Part shown: positions 51,683-64,000 of the stretch, in pieces
How positions within the stretch are numbered: position 1 is the first letter of the stretch
Layout of the letters: each line of letters begins with the position of its first letter
NCBI GenBank assembly: GCA_903813345.2
Contig: CAIIXF020000001.1
Location: 16,492,001 to 16,556,000, forward strand
DNA: 64,000 nt
From: Owenia fusiformis
Taxonomy: Eukaryota
Direction: 5' to 3'
The notes under the pieces: model-generated
Databases searched by the model: none
The model's input: the letters and a program-made list of their open reading frames with translations, nothing else
Told to the model about the DNA's origin: nothing
Translations under genes and position numbers: made by a program

Positions 51683-54600
51683 ATGAGTGGTATCTCGTCC
51701 AAGGCCCAACCCTCAACTACCGAGAATGACAGTAGGTTGAGGAGTAAGCTTCACGGGAATACGATCACCACTACCCAGACACAGCAACTCCAGCAGCAGT
51801 CTGGGGCAGACTCACCACCCCCATCTCCCTCTCCCTCGTCAGAGCGGGGATCCAAAGCGTGTTGTTTTTGTTGGTGCTGTTGTTGTAGTTGTTCATGGTA
51901 AGTGGAATCACCGTGACAACAACAGTGAACGGTAGAAGCTGGCAATGCTGTCCCTCCTCCTGTTTTCCCTACCCCGTGGGTCCCCTCTATAAGGTCAATT
52001 TATGTGACGCGCCCCTGCCCTCATAATCAGCCAATCAAAATCAATATCTAATTGGATCGATTGATTTGTTCTAGACACGTGCTAACTGGCCAGTGAGATT
52101 GCCCCACCCCAACAAGCAAGAATAATTGCATGAATGATTCGGGCAGGGACTTGACCACCCGTCAGGCCGTCAGGCTGTGGGCGTCTACGTATGGAGTTTT
52201 TATTCAAGTGGTGAGTGATCCTATTGGCCCTATTTCATATAATAAAGAATGCAAGAAAACTGTTTAAAAATTTATCTGAATTCTATTTTAACTCTACTCC
52301 AGCACGTATTTAGAATTCATCAATCTCACTTAGAATTAGATTGTCTCCTCTTACTCTCTATCAATAAACCACGATCGACATCATTGGTTTTACTTTTATG
52401 TAATACCTCAATCGACCTAGAAGTTTACTTTTCACTCGCCACTTCTCTATATTCAGTTAGATATTAGATATCACGTGACCTTATATTGCCAGTTTTTGCT
52501 AGTTTACTGTTGTTGTTGTTGTTATTGTTGTTTTTGTTGTTGTTGTTATTTTGGGCTTTGATATCATTGCACTTGTTGTTTAGTTTTCTGTTTGATATTG
52601 AGGACCTAGTAAAACAGCGAACTCTGCATATTGTTGACTCGTGATCTGAACTGGAATCGCTTGTACGGCATTTGGAACTTGATGTATTGTTGGAGAGAGG
52701 GCACCCAATAGAGGAATTTCTATATCTCTTTGAAAACTTGCTATTATTATCTTTTTTTCATGAGATTTTCAGAGATTTGCATATTAACTGATGACTAACT
52801 TTTCCTTCTTTTTAATACCATATTTGAATTCAGTGAAAAATTATAATTATAATTTTGATCAGTACATGATATATAGAGTTATGTTTTTTAAATCATTATA
52901 CATGACTTTTCAAACTTTCAAAATATGGATCAAATCGCCATTGATGCAATGTTTTTATTGCAACTTTTTACCATTGAAGCCTATGTCAGTCTGTCGCAAC
53001 CAAAACAAATAAAAAACAAGTGCCGACATCTTTTTATTCATATAGCAACTTCCTTATTATCTTCGAGCCTGTTGGTATTACCAGTTGGGAAAGGTGATTT
53101 CGGATAGTTAACAATTCACAGGAAATGGAAACGAATTTCAGATTGTCAAAATGCACGTTGCACGCTTTTTCGTTCACTTCGATAAACTTTCTATCGGAAA
53201 TTAAAAAATCATGCTTTTTTCGTTTTGTATTTCTGGTATTTCTAGCATCTTGTTTTTATTACATAATAAACTTAAGACAATATTCCAATTTTTGGTCTAT
53301 ACCATCCTTGGTCCAAGGGTGTTTCACTTTCCATAAATGAAGTCCTTTAAATGAAGGATGGTCTATACTTGTAGAAAGGGCACAGGATGCAACGACGTTA
53401 TTAACCCCGCAAATGTACAAGATTCATATTATCACCATTTCTATATTTATCGATATATATAATACATAGACACTGAAAACTAATAAGAATGATGATATTC
53501 TTGCTTGTTTAACATCAGAATGGGAACATGTACGAGTATCTCTAATCATAGTTCTATTGTTCAAAATGAGACTAAAATAAGTACGACTTATGATAGGGGA
53601 GTCACGAATGAAAGGATTTATAGTGGACTAGACAGGTAACCTCAAGCGCGGATTCAGATTTTTAAATTTGCTCTCTATTTGGAGTTATGCCATTGCAATT
53701 TTTATCACAAGGGAAGAAAATGATCTTTAGAATTTTTACTCTTTTTATTCGATCCTTGCATTCGTTTTGAAATCTCTTTCAAGTTTTTATTGATTGGAGG
53801 TCTATTTATAGGCTGAGGTTTTTTTTAATTAAAAAAAATTCTACGGTATCTGGTTAGATGAAAAAATTATAAATTATCATTTCACACTGTAACGTGTACT
53901 TAAAATGTATGTGCTTCATTTGACTACCGTTAAAAGAATTTAAATTTTGGTGAACAACGACAAAAGAATTAACCAGAGCAAGAGTACGTAATCCTGAAGT
54001 TATCTGTCTAGTCTACTATTCTAAAGTGAACAAAATGGATCCAATATCACCACACCATTTGCGGGTGTTAAAATCACTACAACAACTGGAGTTGAAACAG
54101 TCAGGAAAACGTCGACTTTTAGCGCGTCTTCCACAAGAAGGGCCGAAGTTTCTTTTTGCACTGCAAACTCAATAGAAGTCATATCGGAAACTACTACAAA
54201 ATCCTGGTAGGACAGTCGTACGTGATGTGGATTGATGTACAGTTTGTGATGTTGAGGGTCTAAAATCGTTTCCTTTTGTTGATTTTTGTGATAAAGAGAC
54301 TTTTCTTTTGACAAATTGCATTTGGTTGCAAGATATTGGGGTTTATTCTATCGGCCACTGTGCTTACTTCATAACGTTTTTATGGGGGAATTGTTTCTTT
54401 TTATTGATAAACACATAATTTCAGACATTACATATCTATGCGAGAATCCTCGCAATTTTCTAACAAGTTCTATAAGACTGCGTTCTGTTTCAGTTTATTC
54501 AATCTTGTAAAACTATTCTTCAAGAACTTGGTTTTGAATTCTGTAATGTGTATTTCTACTATCAGTCTACTTTTATTTTTATTAAGCAAGTAGTAAATAT

Positions 54601-57600
54601 TGTTGCCTGTAGAGAGAAAATAGGACAATTTTTCTGAGCTATCAAGGCAACATTTGGCTTAATATTCTTACAATTTGAAAATGGACTTTAACAATACTAT
54701 CCCACGTGAATCTACTTGTTGAGACTCGATCAACTTGAGTTCTTCTGAAAAAATGTGGATTTCAGCAAGGGTGTAATGACTTAATATGGGCTTAACATGC
54801 GTATACAATAATTGATTTAAAATCTGCATATATTCATGGGGACAGATAAAAATCTCAGATTCATGTGAGAGGGTATTGGCATAATCCATTTTCAATAGCA
54901 AGAATAAGGGTTCCTAAATAGGACATTAAGCTTAACTAAGGCCTTTTGAAGATTTTTGTTAGTTCTTACACGAAAAAGATAATCGCTCATTTTGGAAAAA
55001 TGATAATTCGTTTCACGTTGTAAGGACATACACATAAAATAAATATAACATGATATGATACAATGTATTGTCCGTTCTAATCAACGTTGACCAATATAAT
55101 AACTATTTGATAAAAACGACATTCTTATATATTCTGTGGCTGTGTATATATTGTACATTCATGCATATTTGCTTTTATTCCAGTTTAACCGTACGAAATG
55201 GTGATGAAAACAAATCTTCAAAAGATTCAAAGTTAGAAAATATAAATGAAAAGGACGACCCGTAAGTTTGTCACATTATTTTATACTGTATAACTACGCA
55301 TATACGAGGGTTGTCCCAGAAGTAATGCACTATATGCTCTAACTTTCTTTAATAGTCTTCAATTCAACTGAAATTTGTGTACTATAGATTTGTGTGTAGT
55401 ATATAACAATTGAAGTTTTATCTCTTATATCCTGAAGTCTAAGTCTATTAAGTCTTTAGGGGTGGGCGGGGCAGTATAACTACAATTATGAGGTGGCAGA
55501 AGAGATTTTAAAAGTGATGACTGGACCCTGGATGACAACTCCAAACATGGGAGACAAAAGCTCCACAAGTCAAAGTGGAAGAAATTGCTAAGAGTGTTTA
55601 ACCCGACAGGCATTAAAAGTACATAACATGCAAAGGGCAATATTTTGAGAAAATGTGAAATGGAACACTGTGCAACATACATACATTAAATCTAGGCTGT
55701 CCTCATAGTAATCTAGTATCTTAAAATGTATTTTTGAGCATACTTATTACAGCTACACAAAATGGTATTTGTTGATTAATTATTTCATATTTTCAATTTG
55801 TTATTCCTTTTGACGTTACATTTTAACCTGCCCCACCCTACCCAAACTCACCAACTTGATTTTATTATAACATCAATATAGTTTTATCAGTCAACATGAA
55901 AATTTGTAGAATAATCAAGATGTCTTTAAGGGACATTTACTGAAAATTTCATGGAAAAATAGTACAATAATGTCATTTCGAATGGCAATATAGTGAAATA
56001 TTTGACCGAAGGTCGAAGGCCCAAGGTTCAATATTTCACTATATTGCCCGCAGAAATGACGTTATTAGTATTATTACCACCATTAATGACCAGGGCTGAA
56101 ATAATACGAAAATCTTACGCACTGAACGATATCTAATTTCCCGGGGAAAATTGCCGGTCATTAATTGCATTATTGACCGCAATTATGGACTGCCATTATG
56201 ACGTCACATATTGCTCAGGTCGATATCAAGGAGGATTGGCTCCCAGAATCGAAGTCGATATTTTCCAACAATGAAAACGCCGAGATGTCGTTATTTTCTG
56301 AAATTATAACCGATTATAAATTCAAAATAAACAGTTCAAAAGATTCGAACCAATATCTCGATCATTTCCTGTGAGTTTTGGAATTTTTCGTTAGGAAATA
56401 AGACCAAAATTCACGATTCAAATGTTGAAGTGAACAAAATGGCGGCTGTTGGAATTCAAATTTTGTAGCACGACATGCCCATATATGGGACAGAATATCG
56501 ATGTTGCACTCTGGGAGCCAATCCTCCTTGGGTCGATATAGTAAAATGAATGCCTTCTAAACTAGCATTAAAACCCCTAGAACAGGCCCGGCAAGGTGGT
56601 AATAATATCAATTATTGATAAAGTTAGAGCATATAGTGCATTACTTCTGGGACAACCCTCGTACTCAAATTAACACATCGTCTTCCTACATAATATGTTT
56701 ATCTCATCCCGTATGTATATACTGCAATAGTGAATTATGAGTAATACATATTCATGTGTGGGTGGTGCGTGGCAAAGGGGACCAGCATTTCATGCATTGT
56801 AATTTATTACCATATAGAAATCATCCTCCGATCACAGGGCTTCATGATCCAGAATATTTTCTGAAGGTACGGATTCTGGACACCGGCTTAGGAGGATGTA
56901 TAAGAAACAGTGGATACCGTTAATGCACGTGAAATATTAAGTTATTATAATGTTTCGCTTGTTGCTTTCCAGGCCGACATTAGATGAGATAAAGTCATGG
57001 TCAGATTCATTTGACAAACTAATGACTTGTCGAGGTAAGAATTAAAACCTTTTAAACCATTTTAAAGGTATTATTACTGTTTTTACAATTTTATCCTGAG
57101 AACGGAATTTTATATTTACCTAGAATAAGTAATAAGTTTTGCTATATATGAATGAAGATTATTGGAATTATTTTGTTGTTGACGTCAGATATAGTATATA
57201 TCATGGACCCCAATCCTCTGTATCCAGCACCAACAAAGTATTATATTCTTGAACATGTTCACCAGGCTGGATTATTAAATCTTTACAAAATAAAAGTTAT
57301 GTGAAAAATTGTTTTAGTAATTTATTATATTGTTGTCAGCGTTATAAACATTCCTTTATTCCAGAATATAATTTTAACGACAGTAGTCAGTTCTAAATAA
57401 TGTATTCTTTCAGGAGGGAGAAAATCATTTAGAGAATTTCTACGGTCGGAATATAGTGAAGAGAACATGCTATTCTGGCTCGCTTGTGAGGAGCTTAAGA
57501 GGCACGACAACCCAGAAGTCGTGGAAGAAAAGGCTCGAATCATTTATGAAGATTACATTTCAATATTATCACCAAAAGAGGTACAGAAAATACACATATT

Positions 57601-58166
57601 GGCTTTAATGTTAACAATAATTAACTTGCTGACTATTAAGATATAAGCAAGAATCATTTTCGCTTGTGTATCCCAGTTACACAATTTATGAACCATTTTA
57701 TCATATCCATCGTGTAAATAGAAAGATGGCAGAGTTGTCGTTTCCCTAAAAAAACTCCAGCTTTATACGTAGTTACCCACTTGATGATATAAACTACCAA
57801 TGTTGTTTTTACTTAAAATGATGAATATGACTTCAAAACATAAATTATGGAAATGGATAAAAACATTTTTCTTGAAATGCATTGTCTTGCCCTATCAATT
57901 TAGAATAAACGATACTTCAAAATCAATGTAATACTGAATTGCAAATTAATTTTTTTATGTTTTTAATGAATTAAGCTGATTACGTTCTGTACTTTCAGGT
58001 TAGTTTAGACTCTCGAGTGCGAGAAGTTATTAACCGCAATATGGTTGATCCGACTCCGCACACGTTTGACGAGGCCCAGTTACAGATATACACTTTAATG
58101 CATAGGGATTCATATCCCAGATTTCTCAATTCTCAAATATATAAGTCACTTCTACAGCAACATTGA
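51683..58166 (+). CDS. RGS17: Regulator of G-protein signalling, RZ family (RGS17/19/20-like), with cysteine string; ~229 aa from the ATG at 51683
   Basis: Exons 51683-51897 (...KACCFCWCCCCSCS), 55184-55261 (CLTVRNGDENK...), 56973-57034 (PTLDEIKSWSDSFDKLM), 57414-57580 (GRKSFREFLRSEYSEENMLFWLACEEL...YISILSPKE), 57999-58166 (VSLDSRVREVINRN...LMHRDSYPRFLNSQIYKSLLQQH*). GT-AG, phases consistent. The symbol denotes the family; likely co-orthologous to RGS17/19/20. Confidence 0.95.
55958..56605. mobile_element. Hairpin-type element nested in the mariner-type element
   Basis: GGCAATATAGTGAAATATT / AATATTTCACTATATTGCC hairpin (~55984-56048), followed by a TATTACCACC ... GGTGGTAATA bracket. Confidence 0.55.
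56227..56530. mobile_element. 304-bp MITE with 9-bp TSD (Mutator-like), copy 2
   Basis: Same TIRs as 4335-4639, body inverted; GGTCGATAT duplicated at 56218-56226 and 56531-56539. Confidence 0.88.
56822..56898. mobile_element. 77-bp minimal derivative of the 37994-38241 MITE
   Basis: Consists only of the two ends of the 248-bp element joined, in inverted orientation. Confidence 0.75.
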
Positions 58167-60369
58167 TAAAGAAGGATGTATTATATGGAATTTTGTAAAG
58201 TCTTCTTATTTATCAATTTATTATATTGGGCAATATGATTCAAACGAAGGAAAACACCAACTGTCGTGTGTTTTCGCATATGGCCCACCAAGTCAGAGGC
58301 CTCCCTTTGTGGATACTAGGCTCAATTGGTTCCAGCGACACAACAGTATGGCAAGAACCATATTCTTCTAGGTCAGGTATGACGTATGGCAGCGTTATAA
58401 TAAGATATATATTACTTACGCGCCCTGATCTATCTGAAATTCCAATGCAAATATCGCGCATGATCATATACTATCAGAGTTATCATTCTGGATATATCCA
58501 ACGCATATGATAGCATGTGGATTATAGTGGAGCTAAGCAAGGAGGTAGAATTTCATTGTTATTGTTTGTACTCTGTTGAACTGCCTAAAGGATTAGCAGT
58601 ATGTGTCTGTTGTCAACTAGCCGTGGTGGAATTGTAACACTACCTTGTTGGACTTGCTACAGGGGACTACATCACAATATGTTCTGGTTTTGATGGCATT
58701 CTGTTATAATAAATGATTCAAACAATATGTATTTTCAATACAACTATGTAGTATAGTAAGAGATTATAAATGCATACGAATCTATTTTCAAGGTTAGTGT
58801 CAGAACTCAGAACCAGAAAATATTGTTTTTCTTATTTGTTATGTATTTTTAAGTCATCATTTAGTGTAACATTAGAAAACAGTTAGAACTTTAGAAATAA
58901 GATTCCAAATACAGGAAAATATGTCATTTAGTTCTTTATATTTAAGTCGCTCAGACTTATATAAGGCGTAAAATTGTTCAGACTTATATAAGGAAAGAAA
59001 AGGTCACGATGTGATGATTCATGAAGTACATAAAGATGCATCGGGTCAGACTTGGCCATGGTAAATTAGATTTACGCCACCATTTCAAATAATTACAAAA
59101 TGAACATCAATATGCAATCTACGTTGAATGGAGCTATCAAAAGAGAGAGAATCAAATTCAATTTAAATGTCTGTCTGCAAACTATCTAATAAAGATAGAC
59201 ACAACTATCATGCAGATTAGCCAACATGAGCAAATGATTGCTATACTTTAAATATGGAATAATAGGCTACCTGTGATGATGTCCAACCTTACCTCCGAGT
59301 GCAAACGGACAAAACACGCGCTACATCATATTGATACAATTGATGACACCATCATTTTGGTTTACATTGATCTCCAGTTGCAGTTGGATAAACTGATCAG
59401 TATCAGTCGCAATTAACGCTAGTCATGTGAGGTGAAGATATAAGTTATAAGTTGTCTCTAAATAATGTACATCTAGTAAAACAAAAATAAGTGAACGTAT
59501 GTGAAAGACGTTCGAGTCTATACGAACTTACTTATCTTTGTAGTATATTTTTATGATATTATACTTAATGCATTTGTTTAGTTAGGTCATCTCTTTTATT
59601 TCACTTTATCAGTAGTAGTGTACGATACAGAAAAATGTATTTTGGCCATGTGCAAATTGTTATAGTATTTAGAGCGAATAATCCAGACTTGAACGCATAA
59701 TGATTGGTGTAAAATGACATACTAGTACCATTCATGGTTGGTTTGGAAGTCTCCATTCCCCAATTGAATTTAGTGTCAAGGTATATGTAAATATGATAAT
59801 CTACCAAACCAGGGATAATAAGCTGAAAATATCAATTGTCCTCATTATAGAAACGCCCCCTGTGTAACCCCCCCCCCCCCTATTCTCCCCAACTATTGCA
59901 CGATACGTTCTGTCGTATGTGTCTAAGGTGCTTCCCACATCAAGATCATTAAAACTATTATTTTATAGTTATTATTTTTATTTTATTCATTATCATATTA
60001 TTCATGAATTATTTATATAATTTAGTAAACTAATTAGTGAGAAATTTCGCTGAATTTTTCTTTCTCATTGAATTAAATGATTTCCCGATATTAAATATTC
60101 TTCAAACTGTCAAATCAATTTATCTTTAGGATAAAGATTTAATGAATATGCTGTAATGAGGTAAATTGATATTTTCTGCAACACATATGTTTGATGGGAA
60201 ATCGGGTTTTCCAAGCTTATGAATGGGAACGTAACTTGATTTGATACATCTAGACAATAAGTAAAAAAATTGATATTCCGATTTTCTCTATATGTGTACC
60301 AGATTTACTTTGAATGTAGAATATAGAATATGTAGAAGGTATAGTTATGAATACCGCCAGGAACTCTCT

Positions 60370-60930
60370 GAGTACACACTCTACATGCATTCACAGTATT
60401 CCAAATGCACTCATATTTACACTGAATGCTGTCATGTGTGGACTGAATACACTCATGTGTAGACTGAATGCACTAATGCGTAGACTGGATATGAATGCAT
60501 TCATATGTACTTACAAGGCATAACATGCACACTCAAGATGCACTCAAGTGTATACTGAATGTATTCATGTGTACTAAGTATATTTGAAGTGTAGTCTACA
60601 CTCAGGTCAACACTGGATGCACTCAAGTGTACTTTGAATATACTACTGAATAGTACTGTGCAATCAAGTGCACCTTGGGTGCACTATAGTGCACTTTGAA
60701 TGTATTAAAGTGTAATCTGCACTCAAGTGTACACTGGGTGTATTCAAGTGTACTTTGAATGTTTCAAAGTGTACTTTGAATGTTTTAAAGTGTACTCTGC
60801 ACTCAAGTGTACACTAGGTGCACTAATATGAACTTTGAATGTATTAACGTGTACACTGCACTCATGTGTACTCTGGATGCTCTCAAATGTACACTGACTG
60901 CGTGCGTTCAAAGGTACTCTGAATGTAAAG
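60370..60930. repeat. Degenerate ~20-22-bp minisatellite
   Basis: Recurring GCACTCAAGTGTACACTG / GTGTACTTTGAATG units. Confidence 0.8.
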
Positions 60931-61373
60931 TTTGCCCAAGTGGTCTAGCAATGTTAAGGTACTGCTATTAAAATACTTTGCATCGAGTTAACGTTATGGA
61001 AATCATTTTCAATGAGTCAGAAATCGTGTGTATCCATATGATGTTCAATCAAAAAGGGATCTAAACATTTTCTGGGTTTCAATTTTTAGAGATTTATTTT
61101 CGCCTTGGGCTGCACAAAAATATTTTCCTCGTAGTCCTTGTATGTTCGAGGTGTTTCAGAAAACATTAGATCAGCGGCGGATGCTTGACATTCCAAGTCA
61201 AGACGCAGCTTATGACTGCGGTGACGATAGTCGAATTTTAAAAAGTTATCTACTTCCAATACCAGATATTTTGATTATTAAAATCAATATTTTCCTTGAT
61301 ATAATGATCATTTTTGTTAATTGAATTTTAGTAAGTGAACTTGATGGCCGTCACAAATATATTGAATTATATA

Positions 61374-61749
61374 CAGTTGGGTCAAAAAAGCAGTACACGT
61401 TTATATTTTTTGAAATACTAGCAAAAGTATGCATGTGGATAGATGATTTGATTCCAACGAAAATAATACACACTTTGTAGAATGCATGCTATTTGAATGA
61501 ATTTTTACATTTTACACAACATTAAGTATCATAGAGGCACGTTTTGCCATTGGGCTGTGTTGCATAATTGAATATTTCTTTCACTCACGAGTTAAAACTG
61601 GTTTTTAACACCCATTCATTATGTTCAAATCACCCCTATGTGCCCTAATTAGCATAACATTATACGAATAATTAATCGTTTTGATCAAGTATTTAGTATC
61701 GTAAATAAAGATTTTATATGAAAGTGTGCTCCATTTCTGACCCACCCTG
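61374..61749. mobile_element. Degenerate Tc1/mariner-type MITE
   Basis: TA|CAGTTGGGTCAAAAAAGCAGTACAC ... GTGTGCTCCATTTCTGACCCACCCTG|TA. Confidence 0.5.
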
Positions 61750-61769
61750 TATTATATAAAAGGTTAGCA

Positions 61770-62150
61770 TATTGTATGTTATATGAGCATTTGTTGTGTC
61801 ACATAACAACCCAGTAGGGCTATGTAATATGAACATTTGGTGCGTTACAAAAACATCCAATGTGTTACATGAACATAAAGTTTGTTATATGAACATTCAG
61901 TGTGTTACACAAACATTCGATGTGTAACATGAACATTAAGTTTGTTATATGAACATTCAGTGTGTTACATAAACATTCGATGTGTTACATGAACATAAAG
62001 TTTGTTATATGAACACTCAATGTGTAACATAAACATTTAGTGTCTTATGTGAAAATTCAGTGGGCCACATGGACGTTTAGTGTTACATGAACATCCATTG
62101 TATGACCATTAACAATACATTATGTGACATATGAGCAAACGTTACGTAAA
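61770..62150. repeat. 20-bp minisatellite with a 60-bp higher-order repeat
   Basis: Lines 61861, 61921 and 61981 are near-identical 60-mers, each built of three TGTGTTACATGAACATT.AG-like units. Confidence 0.88.
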
Positions 62151-62192
62151 ATACAATTTGTGATACATTCATGGCCGACCATATACAATGTA

Positions 62193-63288
62193 CGAGGGGT
62201 GATCAATAAGTAATGGACGCTTTTTTACACAGATACTTTTTATAGACCAATCCCTTTGATTTTCCTACCAGTGATACATCATTCAATTATCTATCAACTC
62301 TGAAGATTTGAAGACAAAATATCTAATACAGGTTGATATATCCTTATGTCTGTGAAGGAGGTACAGGTACCCCAGGACCGACATTTACGTCACATATTCT
62401 GAAGCTATTTTAGCTTGTTTAACATGCAGTGCAGTTGAATGCAGGCTGTACAAAACAAACCATAATGCTCATGAATTACCCCCATTTTGTTTTGCCATAG
62501 TTGATTTTAAATATTTTATCATCACTATGTGGTATTCATGTCATATTCATTCCACAGGGCACTCTATATAGGTTCCATAAAGTGCTACATGTACACAATT
62601 CCTCATCCTCTTAACTCAAGATTGTGAGACAAGGCTGAATCCATTCTCTGACATGGTAGCAAGATGCAGTTGCATGGGTTGTTTTATCATGTTTATTTCA
62701 TCAATGTCAATAAACCTACATCCTTTCTCTATAGAAATAAGTAGTATAGAAATTAACAAGTCACATGTGAGCAGATCTGGACAATATGGTGCATTGGCCA
62801 AGGGCTCGATTTTGAGTTCCAGGGATATTGTTTTCCGAACATTTTGAGATCTGTTGGCAGGTGCATTGTCCATATGGAGTAGGGTGTTCCCTTCTCTCAC
62901 CACCCCTTTCTTCCACAATGCTTTCTCAAATTGACCTGCAAACCCCTTCCATACAACACTCTGACATCACAATACTTTCTGTTTATGTGTTACCAGTCAG
63001 CAAAAAATTTCAAACAACACAACACTTGTTGCACATAAAAAGTTCCAATCTAACTGAAATTTACCAAACTGGCTAAAAACTGAATATGTGACGTAAATGT
63101 CGGTCCCGGGGTACCCGTACCTCCTTCACGGAAATAAGGATATATCAATAAGTATTATATATTTTGTCTTCAAATCTTCAGAATTGATAGATAATTGAAT
63201 GATGTATCACTGGTAGGAAAATCAGAGGGATTGGTCTATAAAAAGTATCTGTGTAAAAAAGCGTCCATTACTTATTGATCACCCCTCG
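62193..63288 (-). mobile_element. Internally deleted mariner with ~207-bp TIRs and a transposase remnant
   Basis: TA|CGAGGGGTGATCAATAAGT...ACTTATTGATCACCCCTCG|TA; TIRs ~62193-62399 and ~63082-63288; ORF 62918-62616 has LLHMDNAPAN and APYCPDLLTCDL, matching the mariner HDNAPAH and YSPDLAPCD motifs. Confidence 0.9.
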
Positions 63289-63674
63289 TATTACATGAGC
63301 ATAATATGTGTTATATTAGCACGTATTGTGACCAAACCTCGCTGTTATTAATAAGTCTAGGATTATGGGCAATCTCTCTTTTGACCTAGTGAATGTTTTA
63401 GCCAATATGATTTCAACTCTATATATTGTCATCAATGTCCGACTTTGTATTCTAGCGTAGATACATGTATGTCTGTCATGTTTTATATAATGGTTAATTT
63501 ATTGTTACACAATCCATGTATTTATATTTATATTTCAATTGTTTCAATGACATGTGTACGTTTTGTTTAGATTTAAACATCCATACGGTTAACACGTATA
63601 TTAATGTGAAATAAAAAAGACAAAAATATCTATACAAAAGTTTACTTTTAAATTATTTTCTAATTTCAAAAATA

Positions 63675-64000
63675 CAGGGTGGGCCAATAAAAATTGGAAC
63701 ATTATTCTATTTATTCAATTATCTTTATTTTTGCAGTTCAATCCACAAAAATTCAGATAATGGTAAACTGATTATTTGTGAAATTTTCTGCATGTGTCAT
63801 AAAAAATTCTCAAGCAGAGAAAATTTGGAATATGTTCATGACTTACACAGTATACAGATCATGACCATGAGAAGCCAAATATAATCATACATACATATTT
63901 GTATCATTGACATTTTCACAAATAATCATTTTATCATTATCTGAATTTTTGTGGACTGAACTGCAAGTATAAAGAAAATTGAATAATTAGAAAATGTTCC
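63675..64000. mobile_element. Palindromic Tc1/mariner-type MITE running off the window end
   Basis: TA|CAGGGTGGGCC start; GCAGTTCAATCCACAAAAATTCAGATAATG pairs with CATTATCTGAATTTTTGTGGACTGAACTGC. Confidence 0.7.

Larger units (their letters stand above)
55305..56661. mobile_element. mariner-type non-autonomous element containing two nested insertions
   Basis: TA|CGAGGGTTGTCCCAGAAGTAATGCACTATATGCTCTAACTTT has a perfect inverted copy ending at 56661|TA. Confidence 0.85.

Overview
AT-rich, intron-containing eukaryotic DNA, most likely from an invertebrate bilaterian; the species cannot be determined from this window. Most ORFs in the supplied track are spurious. Three genes can be rebuilt by hand from GT-AG sites with consistent phases. 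(1) A RidA/UK114 imine deaminase gene on the minus strand: exons 1-4 are visible, and exon 2 is split by a 2,085-bp CAC...GTG transposon with 429-bp near-perfect TIRs and a 5-bp TSD that itself carries a nested foldback element. (2) A complete 23-exon, ~989-aa secreted GH31 alpha-glucosidase (maltase-glucoamylase/sucrase-isomaltase-like) on the minus strand with three atypical N-terminal trefoil domains. (3) An RZ-family RGS gene (RGS17/19/20-like) on the plus strand with a cysteine string and several candidate alternative exons. The rest is dense with non-autonomous DNA transposons (TA, 4-, 5-, 8- and 9-bp TSD classes, often nested), hairpin elements and minisatellites; two intronic repeats copy an exon 3' end together with its splice donor. 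There is no CRISPR array or prokaryotic system. All coordinates were read by eye and may be off by a few bases.
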